A stretch of 64,000 nt of DNA from a virus. Made by a program: the position numbers and the translations under genes. The DNA lies in the IMG/VR virus record IMGVR_UViG_3300025949_000022, positions 1-64,000 of that record. The stretch is one strand, 5' to 3'. Below, piece after piece: positions 55,645-63,617 of the stretch. Under the pieces are notes generated by a model that worked only from the letters and a program-made list of their open reading frames with translations, was not told where the DNA came from and made no database searches. Each line of letters begins with the position of its first letter. The first letter of the stretch is position 1.

Positions 55645-56441
55645 AATTCAACTTTTAATGGTAGTGTTCCTTCAATATACCCCTTATGTAACTCATGGTA
55701 TTTACCCCAGGCAGCAGCAGCCAAACTTTCCTTAACCTGCGAATATTCTGTCCCGCCAACATCAATGTGGTCGATGTCTATATGTGGTAAAAACCCGTTC
55801 CAAAAGCCACCCAACAATGAACGCAAACTCATCAGTGTATCGTCAAAACCGTAAACACCGGCCTGAACAAAATAACCCACCGTATCAAGCAACCGCCAGT
55901 TCAACATCGTACATGTTCCCATAACATCTCTTGATCTCTCAACCACTATCCAACGTTCGCCCGGTTCGTGCGGCAGCATCACAAATTCACTCCTAAAATC
56001 AGGGTCAGGATCATTAGGCGTCTGCCTTAAATCTTTACGCTTTAAACCCAAAACACCAATAGTATTATCGCGCTCAATAGCGGCCTCCATTTCATCAACC
56101 CATCCCGTATAATTAATAACAACATCGTTGTCAATTTTTATGCAGTGTTCCGATGGCTTTCGCAACTTCAGGCCTTCGTTTATTCCGCGCGCTGTACCAA
56201 TGTTTTCGGGTAGGGTAATAACAGTAGGTCTAATCACAGTCGGTTCCGGATATGTCCACACCATACCAAACACACAATCGCGCAATATTGCTTTTGTTAC
56301 CTCGCAACTACCGTTATCAATCACCACTAATCTATGCTTATCCCAATCCACCGTTTTACGCAACCCCTCTAACGTGCGTTTCGTATATTCCGAACGTCCA
56401 TTATCCTCTGTATCGTGGCAACACATTATGATTAGTGACAT
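55641..56441 (-). CDS. GT2-family glycosyltransferase
   Basis: VVIDNGS, ENIGTARGINEG, KIDNDV, YGFDD. Confidence 0.9.
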   Translation of the reverse strand: MSLIIMCCHDTEDNGRSEYTKRTLEGLRKTVDWDKHRLVVIDNGSCEVTKAILRDCVFGMVWTYPEPTVIRPTVITLPENIGTARGINEGLKLRKPSEHCIKIDNDVVINYTGWVDEMEAAIERDNTIGVLGLKRKDLRQTPNDPDPDFRSEFVMLPHEPGERWIVVERSRDVMGTCTMLNWRLLDTVGYFVQAGVYGFDDTLMSLRSLLGGFWNGFLPHIDIDHIDVGGTEYSQVKESLAAAAWGKYHELHKGYIEGTLPLKVEL

Positions 56442-56659
56442 TTAGCCCCCTTTATATCAATATTATCTAAAATATATTTATCTATAGAAGCACAAATTCC
56501 TTCTGACTTATTCCATGGGACTTCTTTATTATTGGTGATATCCCATAACGCAAATTCTCCATTCGGCAATTCACGTTGACCAAATTTAAATGGACGGTCG
56601 CCATAGGTCTGATTCTCATCGTCGCTATAATGATAATCTATGGTTATTACTTGCGTCAT
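56432..56659 (-). CDS. Hypothetical protein
   Basis: First gene of the leftward GT/packaging operon. Confidence 0.55.
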   Translation of the reverse strand: MTQVITIDYHYSDDENQTYGDRPFKFGQRELPNGEFALWDITNNKEVPWNKSEGICASIDKYILDNIDIKGAKCH

Positions 56660-56786
56660 TTTTTAATAAACCCCGCCCATCCCCAATGTTAAGACAGCGC
56701 AAACTAATCAGGACATACACGGGACGAACGGGAATATTTTAGTTAATTTTAATGCCCTGATCGATTAGTTTGCTTCCGTAAATCTA
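56660..56786 (-). promoter_or_regulatory. Structured 5' leader with two alternative helices
   Basis: GCAAACTAATC/GATTAGTTTGC crosses CCCGTTCGTCCC/GGGATGGGCGGG; TAGATTTA -7-like box at 56779-56786. Confidence 0.5.
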
Positions 56787-57287
56787 CACTTTATTATTAA
56801 CCAAAAAAAAGTTTTTTCACCGCATTTTTTTAACACCAACCCGTAATTATTTTATCGCAAATCGTTAATACGTTTTACTGAATTAAACAACAAGAATATT
56901 TCGCTTAGCACACTATTTAATGTCGATTTAAAAATGGGTTATGTTGTTGTTAGTAGGGGGTATGGGATGCGCTTAATTTTAAAACACTTTATGTAGTTGC
57001 AATAGTGGGGTAGACGCCCACAGCCACCCCCACCAATTCTCCACAGAAAAACCACTTTACTGCGACCGGGTGGCCTTGATTATTTTGAAAAGCAATCCAA
57101 CAAACTAAAGGCTGTTTTAAAGCTAAGTAGGGGACCAAAAGCTATTTATTTAGATGGCTTATTCTTTCAGATAATAAACCTTATGTTAAGTAGCAACTTT
57201 GACAGGCTTAAAATAGACTTGTTGTCACTCCCCTATCCTATCGCTTTTTAGCTATAAATAAATAATTAAAATATATTTACAATTAAA

Positions 57288-57318
57288 TTTGGTGGTATTA
57301 AAATTAGTTGTATCTTTG
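57288..57318 (+). promoter_or_regulatory. Consensus Bacteroidota sigma-A promoter
   Basis: TTTG-N19-TATCTTTG. Confidence 0.85.
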
Positions 57319-57392
57319 TTGTGTCGAAAGCAATAAAGCATAGATAATTAAACCCTGCTACAGGATAAGCAGCACAAAACACCTGATAAGCT

Positions 57393-57794
57393 ATGATTAG
57401 CAAAGCACAAGTTATCCGCAACAATAGCCAGTACAAAACATTAATCAACGCCGTTATTAATTCTTTAGGTGGCACAGATTACATTGAGGATGTTAATAGC
57501 TATGGAATGTCAGGCGGCTTCCCCGGCTTCACTTATTATTCTGATACTCATAAATTCGCTATGAGATACCGTAAATTAATTGTTACTATGCTTGAAGATA
57601 TGGCCGATCAGTTGGGAGAAGATGTCGTGTCAATGGTTTCCAACTTCGGGGTGTTCCGCAACTCACCAATGGATAAGGACGACAAGAAAGAGCTTTACCG
57701 CTATTTAGGCGGAGGCAGAAACGCCCAATCAACTATTACTAATGTTATGGCGTGGTTTGCTGCTGAAGAAGTTTGCAGGATGTTTGAAGATTAA
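57393..57794 (+). CDS. Conserved phage early protein
   Basis: GMSGGFPGFTYYSDT...MAWFAAEEV motif; first gene after consensus promoter. Confidence 0.7.
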   Translation: MISKAQVIRNNSQYKTLINAVINSLGGTDYIEDVNSYGMSGGFPGFTYYSDTHKFAMRYRKLIVTMLEDMADQLGEDVVSMVSNFGVFRNSPMDKDDKKELYRYLGGGRNAQSTITNVMAWFAAEEVCRMFED

Positions 57795-57863
57795 TCCATA
57801 CTAACATTAAAGCCAGCCCGACAGCCTCACCGCTTCGGGCTTTGGCGGCTATAAGAACTTACC

Positions 57864-58094
57864 ATGAACACAACAAACCCAAAGGGCGCAGGCCGTAAGA
57901 CTTTACCAGCAGCGCGTAAGAAAGTCAAGTGTATTATATTCTTAATCCCATCGGAGATTGAAGCACTGGAGGCTAAATACGGATCCTTAACCCTCGCCAT
58001 CCGTTCAGTCATTATCCAGGACAAGCCCGAAATACTTCCCATTCTTGACAAAATCATCGATTTATCAGCCGAATTAAAGGCTTTAATGAGTTAA
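57864..58094 (+). CDS. Small DNA-binding protein (AT-hook-like/RHH)
   Basis: PKGAGRK motif. Confidence 0.6.
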   Translation: MNTTNPKGAGRKTLPAARKKVKCIIFLIPSEIEALEAKYGSLTLAIRSVIIQDKPEILPILDKIIDLSAELKALMS

Positions 58095-58279
58095 AATACC
58101 TTACTTAGTGTATTGAGCGGCATAATAGCCGCTTTTTTTATGTCCTTTATTTTCAAGCACTTAGTCTCATTTGATCACCGCTTAGATACCCTGACTTATT
58201 GTATTGATTCATAATCAGACCTTTTCTGCCAAGATTAGGCCTTTTTTATGTAAAAAAATGTCGTATTTTTGTGTGTAGT

Positions 58280-58663
58280 ATGGAAAAATTAGGGATAAAT
58301 ACCCTTCCCGCAGACGATTATTGTAACAATGTAATATTAATACCATTGGGTAAATATTTAACGTTGCCATTAGATAGAATTCGCGCATTTATACCTGAAA
58401 GGCGAGGATTTAGATCAAGTGCATGTTTAGACTTGCTGGTTATTATTAATTGTAATCCTCGTCTTGCTATTACACGCGTATCTTCTTTAATGCACAGTAA
58501 TCCTTATAAGGCAATTAAAAATGTTGCTTACCTAATGTCATTAGGTTATGTTAGACAGATTGGTAAACCTCGTCTTATTATCCCTTTTCAGCGGTTTAAG
58601 ATAGATAAGGGGTATGTTATTACTCAAAGTGGTATAAAAGTACTTCGGGAATTAATGTCTTGA
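58280..58663 (+). CDS. Winged-helix-like protein
   Basis: LMSLGYVRQ...YVITQSGIKVL; start re-called to MEKLG. Confidence 0.55.
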   Translation: MEKLGINTLPADDYCNNVILIPLGKYLTLPLDRIRAFIPERRGFRSSACLDLLVIINCNPRLAITRVSSLMHSNPYKAIKNVAYLMSLGYVRQIGKPRLIIPFQRFKIDKGYVITQSGIKVLRELMS

Positions 58664-58758
58664 TTAAGGGGCTTAAAATGCTATTTTGAATGTCTATTCT
58701 CTATCGCTTGGTTATTTTTGGTCTTTTCTTTTTTTGATTAGCTTAAAGGGGTTCGTTT

Positions 58759-58938
58759 TTATCGGGGTTTCATACCGGTTATATCCTCAATTTCGGCTTC
58801 GATAATACTTACTTTTACTACGATGGTGTTAATAAAAGCCTCTACGTTTTCAGGTAATAGATACCATACTTCATGAGCGGCCAATTTGGCTTTGTTTAAT
58901 TGGTCGCGCTCTATTAATAGTTCTTCAAGTCTGTTCAT
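58759..58938 (-). CDS. Small hypothetical protein (59 aa)
   Basis: MNRLEELLIERDQL...GMKPR, manual translation. Confidence 0.5.
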   Translation of the reverse strand: MNRLEELLIERDQLNKAKLAAHEVWYLLPENVEAFINTIVVKVSIIEAEIEDITGMKPR

Positions 58939-58987
58939 GTTATTAATGGTTTAAAGGGGCTGTAATTTTAGGTTTTTATGGCGGTTT

Positions 58988-59176
58988 TTATAGCTCAAAT
59001 CCGTCTGGGAACGGTGAAATACCTTGCAAATATTCTTGCCTGTCATATTTGGCCTCGTGCCAACCAAAATCCCAATTACTATGGCTTGTTGTTGCTAATT
59101 CATATGGGTTTTCAGATAGTGGTTTGCCATCGGCATACGCTTCGTATCCTTCCTGTAAGGCTTCGTCGTTTTTCAT
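58988..59176 (-). CDS. Rmf/CrpP-fold-like small protein
   Basis: EGYEAYADGKPLSENPY...WDFGW. Confidence 0.6.
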   Translation of the reverse strand: MKNDEALQEGYEAYADGKPLSENPYELATTSHSNWDFGWHEAKYDRQEYLQGISPFPDGFEL

Positions 59177-59355
59177 CCCTCCTTCCCCTCCTGTAGATTA
59201 AGCTGGTTGAGGAAGTCGCGGAGTTGTATTGCTTCGCCTAAGCTTGCCACGATATTATCGTTATTTTGTTTGATAATAAGCGATTGATGCTCATTGAATT
59301 TTAAACTGACAGGCATTCCATCTTTTTCAAATTCTATTACTATTTCAGTTTTCAT
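59173..59355 (-). CDS. Hypothetical protein
   Basis: Packed ORF. Confidence 0.55.
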   Translation of the reverse strand: MKTEIVIEFEKDGMPVSLKFNEHQSLIIKQNNDNIVASLGEAIQLRDFLNQLNLQEGKEG

Positions 59356-59403
59356 AATTTTAAGTTAGTTGTTAACGGATGGTATTATTTAAGGTGGTGG
59401 GGG

Positions 59404-59619
59404 TTAGTTAAGATCGATTATGTGGCGCAACTTATCAGGGCCATTAGCTTCATCGTATCTAGCTTCTAAGATTGGGAATTGCTCAAAAGCCTCGTCAACT
59501 GAATCAGCTCTTACATTTAACCATGATGAAATATTATCGATCTGCTTTTTAAGCCCGGCAATACTTGGATAGGCCCTTAGCTTTCCGCTTTTATCCCTTG
59601 CAATGATGTACTTTTTCAT
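59404..59619 (-). CDS. Hypothetical protein
   Basis: ORF with AT-rich leader. Confidence 0.55.
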   Translation of the reverse strand: MKKYIIARDKSGKLRAYPSIAGLKKQIDNISSWLNVRADSVDEAFEQFPILEARYDEANGPDKLRHIIDLN

Positions 59620-59663
59620 TTTAAAGTGGTTTGGTTAGTTATTTTTTTTGATGTTATGTTCTC

Positions 59664-59764
59664 TTACTGCCAAATCCCCATGACTTTCAGGGTCTATGGG
59701 GTAGCATACATTCACCGTTGTAGCGGCTTCGATGCTGATATTGGCAGATTGCTAAGACTTAGCA
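59664..59764 (-). ncRNA. Candidate structured RNA (palindromic hairpin plus three-way junction closed by CTGCC/GGCAG-TAA)
   Basis: TGCTAAG/CTTAGCA; CTGCCAA/TTGGCAG; AGCAT/ATGCT; CCCCAT/ATGGGG. Confidence 0.5.
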
Positions 59765-59768
59765 TAAC

Positions 59769-59996
59769 TTATACAGTTTCTTTACTGGCCTTTTCTAATA
59801 ATTTGCCATATTGAGTACCGAGGGTGAACATGAATTTTTCGTCCGGGCTTTCAAATATAAATTCGCTTTGGTTTGGTGATAACCTATTTTTCTTTACGAT
59901 AATATCGGCGCCGGTTTCTTCTTCAAACATTTCAATTGCTTCTGAAAGCTTGGCTGCATAATTGTTGTTGAGGGTGATAATTACTGATGAGTTCAT
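59769..59996 (-). CDS. Hypothetical protein
   Basis: Shares a 25-bp leader with the gene starting at 60346. Confidence 0.6.
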   Translation of the reverse strand: MNSSVIITLNNNYAAKLSEAIEMFEEETGADIIVKKNRLSPNQSEFIFESPDEKFMFTLGTQYGKLLEKASKETV

Positions 59997-60030
59997 TTTT
60001 GCTAAGTTTTAAATTGTTAATATTCTCTTT

Positions 60031-60092
60031 TTACTGCCTTAACCTCAAGCCTTGTGAGCGTTGAGGTGGCAGACCCTGATACGTATCAGGGC
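60031..60092 (-). ncRNA. Candidate structured RNA related to 59664-59764
   Basis: CCCTGATACGTATCAGGG palindrome, then CTGCC-ACCTCAA...TTGAGGT-TAA-GGCAG-TAA. Confidence 0.45.
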
Positions 60093-60133
60093 AAATCAGA
60101 GTGTTTTAATATCCCTAAGTAGGTGCCTAAATT

Positions 60134-60346
60134 CTATTGTCCTTCGGCTATTTGAAGTAGTAGGCTTTCGCAATGCTCATTAATATAATGCTCACACCCC
60201 TCAAACGTTTCAGGATATTCAGGCACATCTTCCCACTCTGTTTCAGCCTCATTTTCCGACCAAATACCCTGTGTGAAAGCAATAAACTGCTCGTCTGTAT
60301 CAAACTCCCATTTTTCGTTGTCAATACTTGTTACTGTTATTTTCAT
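60134..60346 (-). CDS. Small highly acidic protein
   Basis: E/D-rich 70 aa. Confidence 0.6.
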   Translation of the reverse strand: MKITVTSIDNEKWEFDTDEQFIAFTQGIWSENEAETEWEDVPEYPETFEGCEHYINEHCESLLLQIAEGQ

Positions 60347-60382
60347 TTTTGCTAAGTTTTAAATTGCAATTTTAAATTCTTA

Positions 60383-60853
60383 TTATTTGTTTTCTAAAAT
60401 AACATCTTGCCAATAGTTAGCGCCTTGTGGTGAATCACTAATGTAAAATGATGTTAAGATGGCCTCTTCTAAATCCCTTGCTGGATTTTTCCATTTGCTC
60501 TTAGCTGTATTGTCAAACGCGGCTATCCTTGCCTCTTGTGGCAGGGCTTCAAAAAAGTCGCGCACCATTGGAATTTTCTTTGCCTGAATATCATCTGGGT
60601 CGGCATCATAATAAGAGGAATCAAGGCCTTTAGAATCCGGTTTTGGGCTAAAAAAAATAACCAGCCCTTTATCGGACCTTTTTATTAAAACATCCGACCA
60701 TTGCAGTGAATTTGACACTGTCAAAACATCCCCGTTTCCCATTTCTTTGGTAAAGCACCGGATAACACCATCGGGTAGGACAGATACATTTTCAGCCCCG
60801 AAGTTTTGTACTGCGAAATCATTTGTACAAACTGCATTTACATTTTCTTGCAT
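60383..60853 (-). CDS. Hypothetical protein, paralog of 39500-39943
   Basis: Start re-called to MQENV from the paralog alignment. Confidence 0.75.
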   Translation of the reverse strand: MQENVNAVCTNDFAVQNFGAENVSVLPDGVIRCFTKEMGNGDVLTVSNSLQWSDVLIKRSDKGLVIFFSPKPDSKGLDSSYYDADPDDIQAKKIPMVRDFFEALPQEARIAAFDNTAKSKWKNPARDLEEAILTSFYISDSPQGANYWQDVILENK

Positions 60854-60881
60854 AATACATTTTTTAATTTTAATCGACATT

Positions 60882-60931
60882 GATTAAGACCGCATTAGCG
60901 GTTTCGCTGAACTACAGCTCGTCAGTTAATC
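60882..60931 (-). ncRNA. Type I hammerhead ribozyme
   Basis: GAUUAA-CUGACGA-GCUG(UAGUU)CAGC-GAAA-CCGC(UAAU)GCGG-UC-UUAAUC: complete core and three stems. Confidence 0.9.
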
Positions 60932-60943
60932 TTTTGTGTTTAG

Positions 60944-61030
60944 TTAAATAGTTAGCAATTGATAAACTGCGAATATTAATACTATTGTTGCGATTGCGCC
61001 GATTAGTAATGATTTGTTTAGATTTTTCAT
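60944..61030 (-). CDS. Small hydrophobic peptide (28 aa)
   Basis: MKNLNKSLLIGAIATIVLIFAVYQLLTI between promoter and ribozyme. Confidence 0.5.
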   Translation of the reverse strand: MKNLNKSLLIGAIATIVLIFAVYQLLTI

Positions 61031-61067
61031 GTTTGATACGTTTTTTAATTTGCCTTGATTGACGATG

Positions 61068-61099
61068 TAAATATAAAGCGTTAAATTATCATTTCCAAA
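61068..61099 (-). promoter_or_regulatory. Sigma-A-like promoter of the early leftward operon
   Basis: TTTG-N20-TATATTTA. Confidence 0.65.
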
Positions 61100-61149
61100 T
61101 CTTTTTTCATTTATTTTATAATTTAAGTATTTATATTTACTTTTGGCCT

Positions 61150-61413
61150 ATGAACAACAGAGTATATGGCGTGTTTGCCGCTATAATCGATAACAATATT
61201 ATAGTCATAGATTTTAATCTTAAAGACTTTTATAAGCAATTTGTGAATAAATGGTCTTGCTTTGATATGAATTATCAGGCGTTATACCGGCGTTTTAAAA
61301 AGTCGGATGCCTTTGAAATGGAACTTAGCGGGGTTGTTATTCATCTCCAGTGCATCATATTGAAGCCGCAAGCAAAGAGAAAAAAAGAAATTAAGCCTCG
61401 TACTTATAAATAA
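61150..61413 (+). CDS. Hypothetical protein, probably leaderless
   Basis: TACTTTTG 4 nt before ATG. Confidence 0.6.
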   Translation: MNNRVYGVFAAIIDNNIIVIDFNLKDFYKQFVNKWSCFDMNYQALYRRFKKSDAFEMELSGVVIHLQCIILKPQAKRKKEIKPRTYK

Positions 61414-61444
61414 AAAAGCCGGGGTTATCCTTAAGTCCCCGGCT
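61412..61444. terminator. Terminator between convergent genes
   Basis: AAAAAA-GCCGGGG...CCCCGGC. Confidence 0.75.
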
Positions 61445-61465
61445 CTAAATAATTTTGTTGGTTAA

Positions 61466-61684
61466 TTATTCGGTCTGGGGTTTTCGCTTTGCGCGGGTCT
61501 TTTTGGGTGCTCCTGCGGGTTCTGATAGCTTCTTAGCCATTAAATCTAATTGCCGGGCTTGGTTATCATAAATTACTTTTTGGGCTTTAAGGGCGTTGGT
61601 TTGAAGGTCTATTTGTGCCTGGATTTCTTTGCTCTTTTTTTTGAAATCTGCCGATAGGTCTTTTAATGTCTGTACGTGATCCAT
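61466..61684 (-). CDS. Coiled-coil basic protein
   Basis: Heptad pattern with Lys/Arg-rich tail. Confidence 0.6.
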   Translation of the reverse strand: MDHVQTLKDLSADFKKKSKEIQAQIDLQTNALKAQKVIYDNQARQLDLMAKKLSEPAGAPKKTRAKRKPQTE

Positions 61685-61823
61685 TTTTTTAGTTAATAAT
61701 TCTGCTTCCTCTTGTTAATTTTTTTTACGGAGTTAGTCAGTCTGTTATGGGGGTTGGTTTTGTCGCTTCATTTGCGTGGTTTTTAAGTTTTTATTTTTTT
61801 CTTTTTTGATTAGCGTGTGGATG

Positions 61824-62033
61824 TTATGCGACCTCAGCAAGCGAACGGTAAATATTCATTTTGCCATAAGTCCATGCGTTAGGCGTTTTTAATTGAAGCA
61901 CATAATCGTTACCGTTTTTGAAGTATTTGATTACTTTACAAACGATATATTGCCGGGATTGGTAATCTAAAACGCCGACCTTTTTTATTTGACCGGTCGT
62001 TAATAATTCTATCGTTATGTGATTAATTACCAT
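61824..62033 (-). CDS. Hypothetical protein
   Basis: Packed ORF. Confidence 0.5.
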   Translation of the reverse strand: MVINHITIELLTTGQIKKVGVLDYQSRQYIVCKVIKYFKNGNDYVLQLKTPNAWTYGKMNIYRSLAEVA

Positions 62034-62050
62034 ATCAATTAGCTTTAACC

Positions 62051-62248
62051 TTAAAGTACTTTAGTGATTTTAACGTTTGTTATTTCGGGAACGCCAGCGC
62101 CCTTTAAAGCAAGATTTTCGCCAAATGATAACTCAACTTTTAGCCCTCTTTGCTTTTCAGCCTCGATAATAAGCTGATTAAGGCTCTTTACGGCGTTCCT
62201 GATATCAGTTGCCACATCCCTATCCGATCTAATTTCTACTGCTTCCAT
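62051..62248 (-). CDS. Hypothetical protein
   Basis: Packed ORF. Confidence 0.55.
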   Translation of the reverse strand: MEAVEIRSDRDVATDIRNAVKSLNQLIIEAEKQRGLKVELSFGENLALKGAGVPEITNVKITKVL

Positions 62249-62256
62249 TTTTTAAA

Positions 62257-62553
62257 TTAGTTAGCTTTAACCTTAACACTATCCAGCTTAACCCGTGCTG
62301 GTAAATCTTTTAAATAGGCTTCTATGTTTTTATAAACGGTTACTTTTTGAGTATCGTTATTCGCCGGTTCGTACATTGATAACCTTTTATAGTCTTGTAA
62401 TGCTCCGTAGATTAGATTATAATCGCTTATAGGCATTGTTACTACTTTCTGATACTTGGCGCTGTCTTTTTTAATTGGTTTCGCCTGCGGGCTTGTTTGG
62501 GCCTTTAAACCGAGGCTTAAAATGATTAAGGTGGTGGTGATTATATATTTCAT
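62257..62553 (-). CDS. Secreted protein (Sec signal peptide)
   Basis: MKYIITTTLIILSLGLKA-Q. Confidence 0.7.
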   Translation of the reverse strand: MKYIITTTLIILSLGLKAQTSPQAKPIKKDSAKYQKVVTMPISDYNLIYGALQDYKRLSMYEPANNDTQKVTVYKNIEAYLKDLPARVKLDSVKVKAN

Positions 62554-62556
62554 GGT

Positions 62557-62922
62557 TTATTTTTTAGAGGTTTTTAGCTTTTTTTTCTTGATTTTCCTGT
62601 GGATTATTATCGGCTGGTCGCGTCTATAAAATACTCCGTTGCGATAATTGTATCCAGCTATTGACATAGCCGTTACTACGTCGCAATTTGAGCAATTGGC
62701 CTGATGATGAACCCTTATACCATTTACAAAAAAATCGTCTTTTCGGGGCGCGTCTGTCATGATGGTAGATGTTCCGGTGAGAGTTGTGACAGAAAATAGA
62801 TTTTGCCCGCTATATGAAATTAACGAATCAGTCAACTTAATAACTTTAACGGTGTCTGCCTTATTCTGCCCCTTTAAATTAAAAGCAAGGCAAAGGAGTG
62901 TGATAATTAATAAGTATTTCAT
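62557..62922 (-). CDS. Secreted protein (Sec signal peptide)
   Basis: MKYLLIITLLCLAFNLKG-Q. Confidence 0.65.
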   Translation of the reverse strand: MKYLLIITLLCLAFNLKGQNKADTVKVIKLTDSLISYSGQNLFSVTTLTGTSTIMTDAPRKDDFFVNGIRVHHQANCSNCDVVTAMSIAGYNYRNGVFYRRDQPIIIHRKIKKKKLKTSKK

Positions 62923-63083
62923 GCTGCTTTGTTATTTAAGGCGTTAAGTTTACAATAGTTTTTTACGAATACCTTTCGGGCAAGAGAGTGTATCACCTCG
63001 GTAGGCTCGTGACTTACGAGTATTCTATTGCACATACGAAGCGCCGCGTAAATCTTTCCGGTTTCGGTTAATGGTTTTTTCAT
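62919..63083 (-). CDS. Small hypothetical protein (54 aa)
   Basis: MKKPLTETGKIYAALRMC...; ATGA overlap with next gene. Confidence 0.5.
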   Translation of the reverse strand: MKKPLTETGKIYAALRMCNRILVSHEPTEVIHSLARKVFVKNYCKLNALNNKAA

Positions 63084-63153
63084 AATTGATTCGGGTTAAT
63101 TCAAAATTAGTGGATTACTTAATAAGTTGCTCTAAAACTGCGTTATTTATTTT

Positions 63154-63549
63154 TTAGAGTGCGGTTTTTCTTTCCAAAATAGCAACCGTTTCTAATTTAA
63201 ATTCTATTAGCCCCTCTAATTGCATCCTGTGTATTTTATGACGTAAAGCGGATGCGCTGCGCATTAATTTTTCAGCTATTTTTTGAGAGGTCATATTTTT
63301 ATAATTTTCAATTATGAAATCTACCTCAAACTTTTTATAAGCGTTAAATCCAGGGGGCATAACATATCGGGGCCGGTAAATGTGCGTTTGCTCGCTTTCT
63401 ATTCGCCGGGCCAGCGGTAATAAGCCGCCGTTCTTATCTATCATATCCTGAATATCTTTCATTAACTGGCTCTTTGGTTCAGCTAATCCCGGAAATATAT
63501 CTGCTGTCATATTATTAATTTTTGGAGTTGGTGAAATAGGTTGTATCAT
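63154..63549 (-). CDS. HTH-containing protein
   Basis: NYKNMTSQKIAEKLMRSASALRHKI. Confidence 0.65.
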   Translation of the reverse strand: MIQPISPTPKINNMTADIFPGLAEPKSQLMKDIQDMIDKNGGLLPLARRIESEQTHIYRPRYVMPPGFNAYKKFEVDFIIENYKNMTSQKIAEKLMRSASALRHKIHRMQLEGLIEFKLETVAILERKTAL

Positions 63550-63617
63550 TTACTGTCATTATTTTAGTTCATACAATCGCATGGCATATTTATGTTTTGG
63601 CTGAATAAATCGCAAAC

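Noticed and set aside
24375-56445. Numerous 60-160 aa plus-strand ORFs overlapping long minus-strand genes
   Set aside because: Antisense shadows without leaders or motifs; only plus-strand ORFs that fill real gaps were kept
60031-60072. Twister or twister-sister ribozyme
   Set aside because: Superficial UAA and CAAG motifs only; the required pseudoknot pairings could not be built
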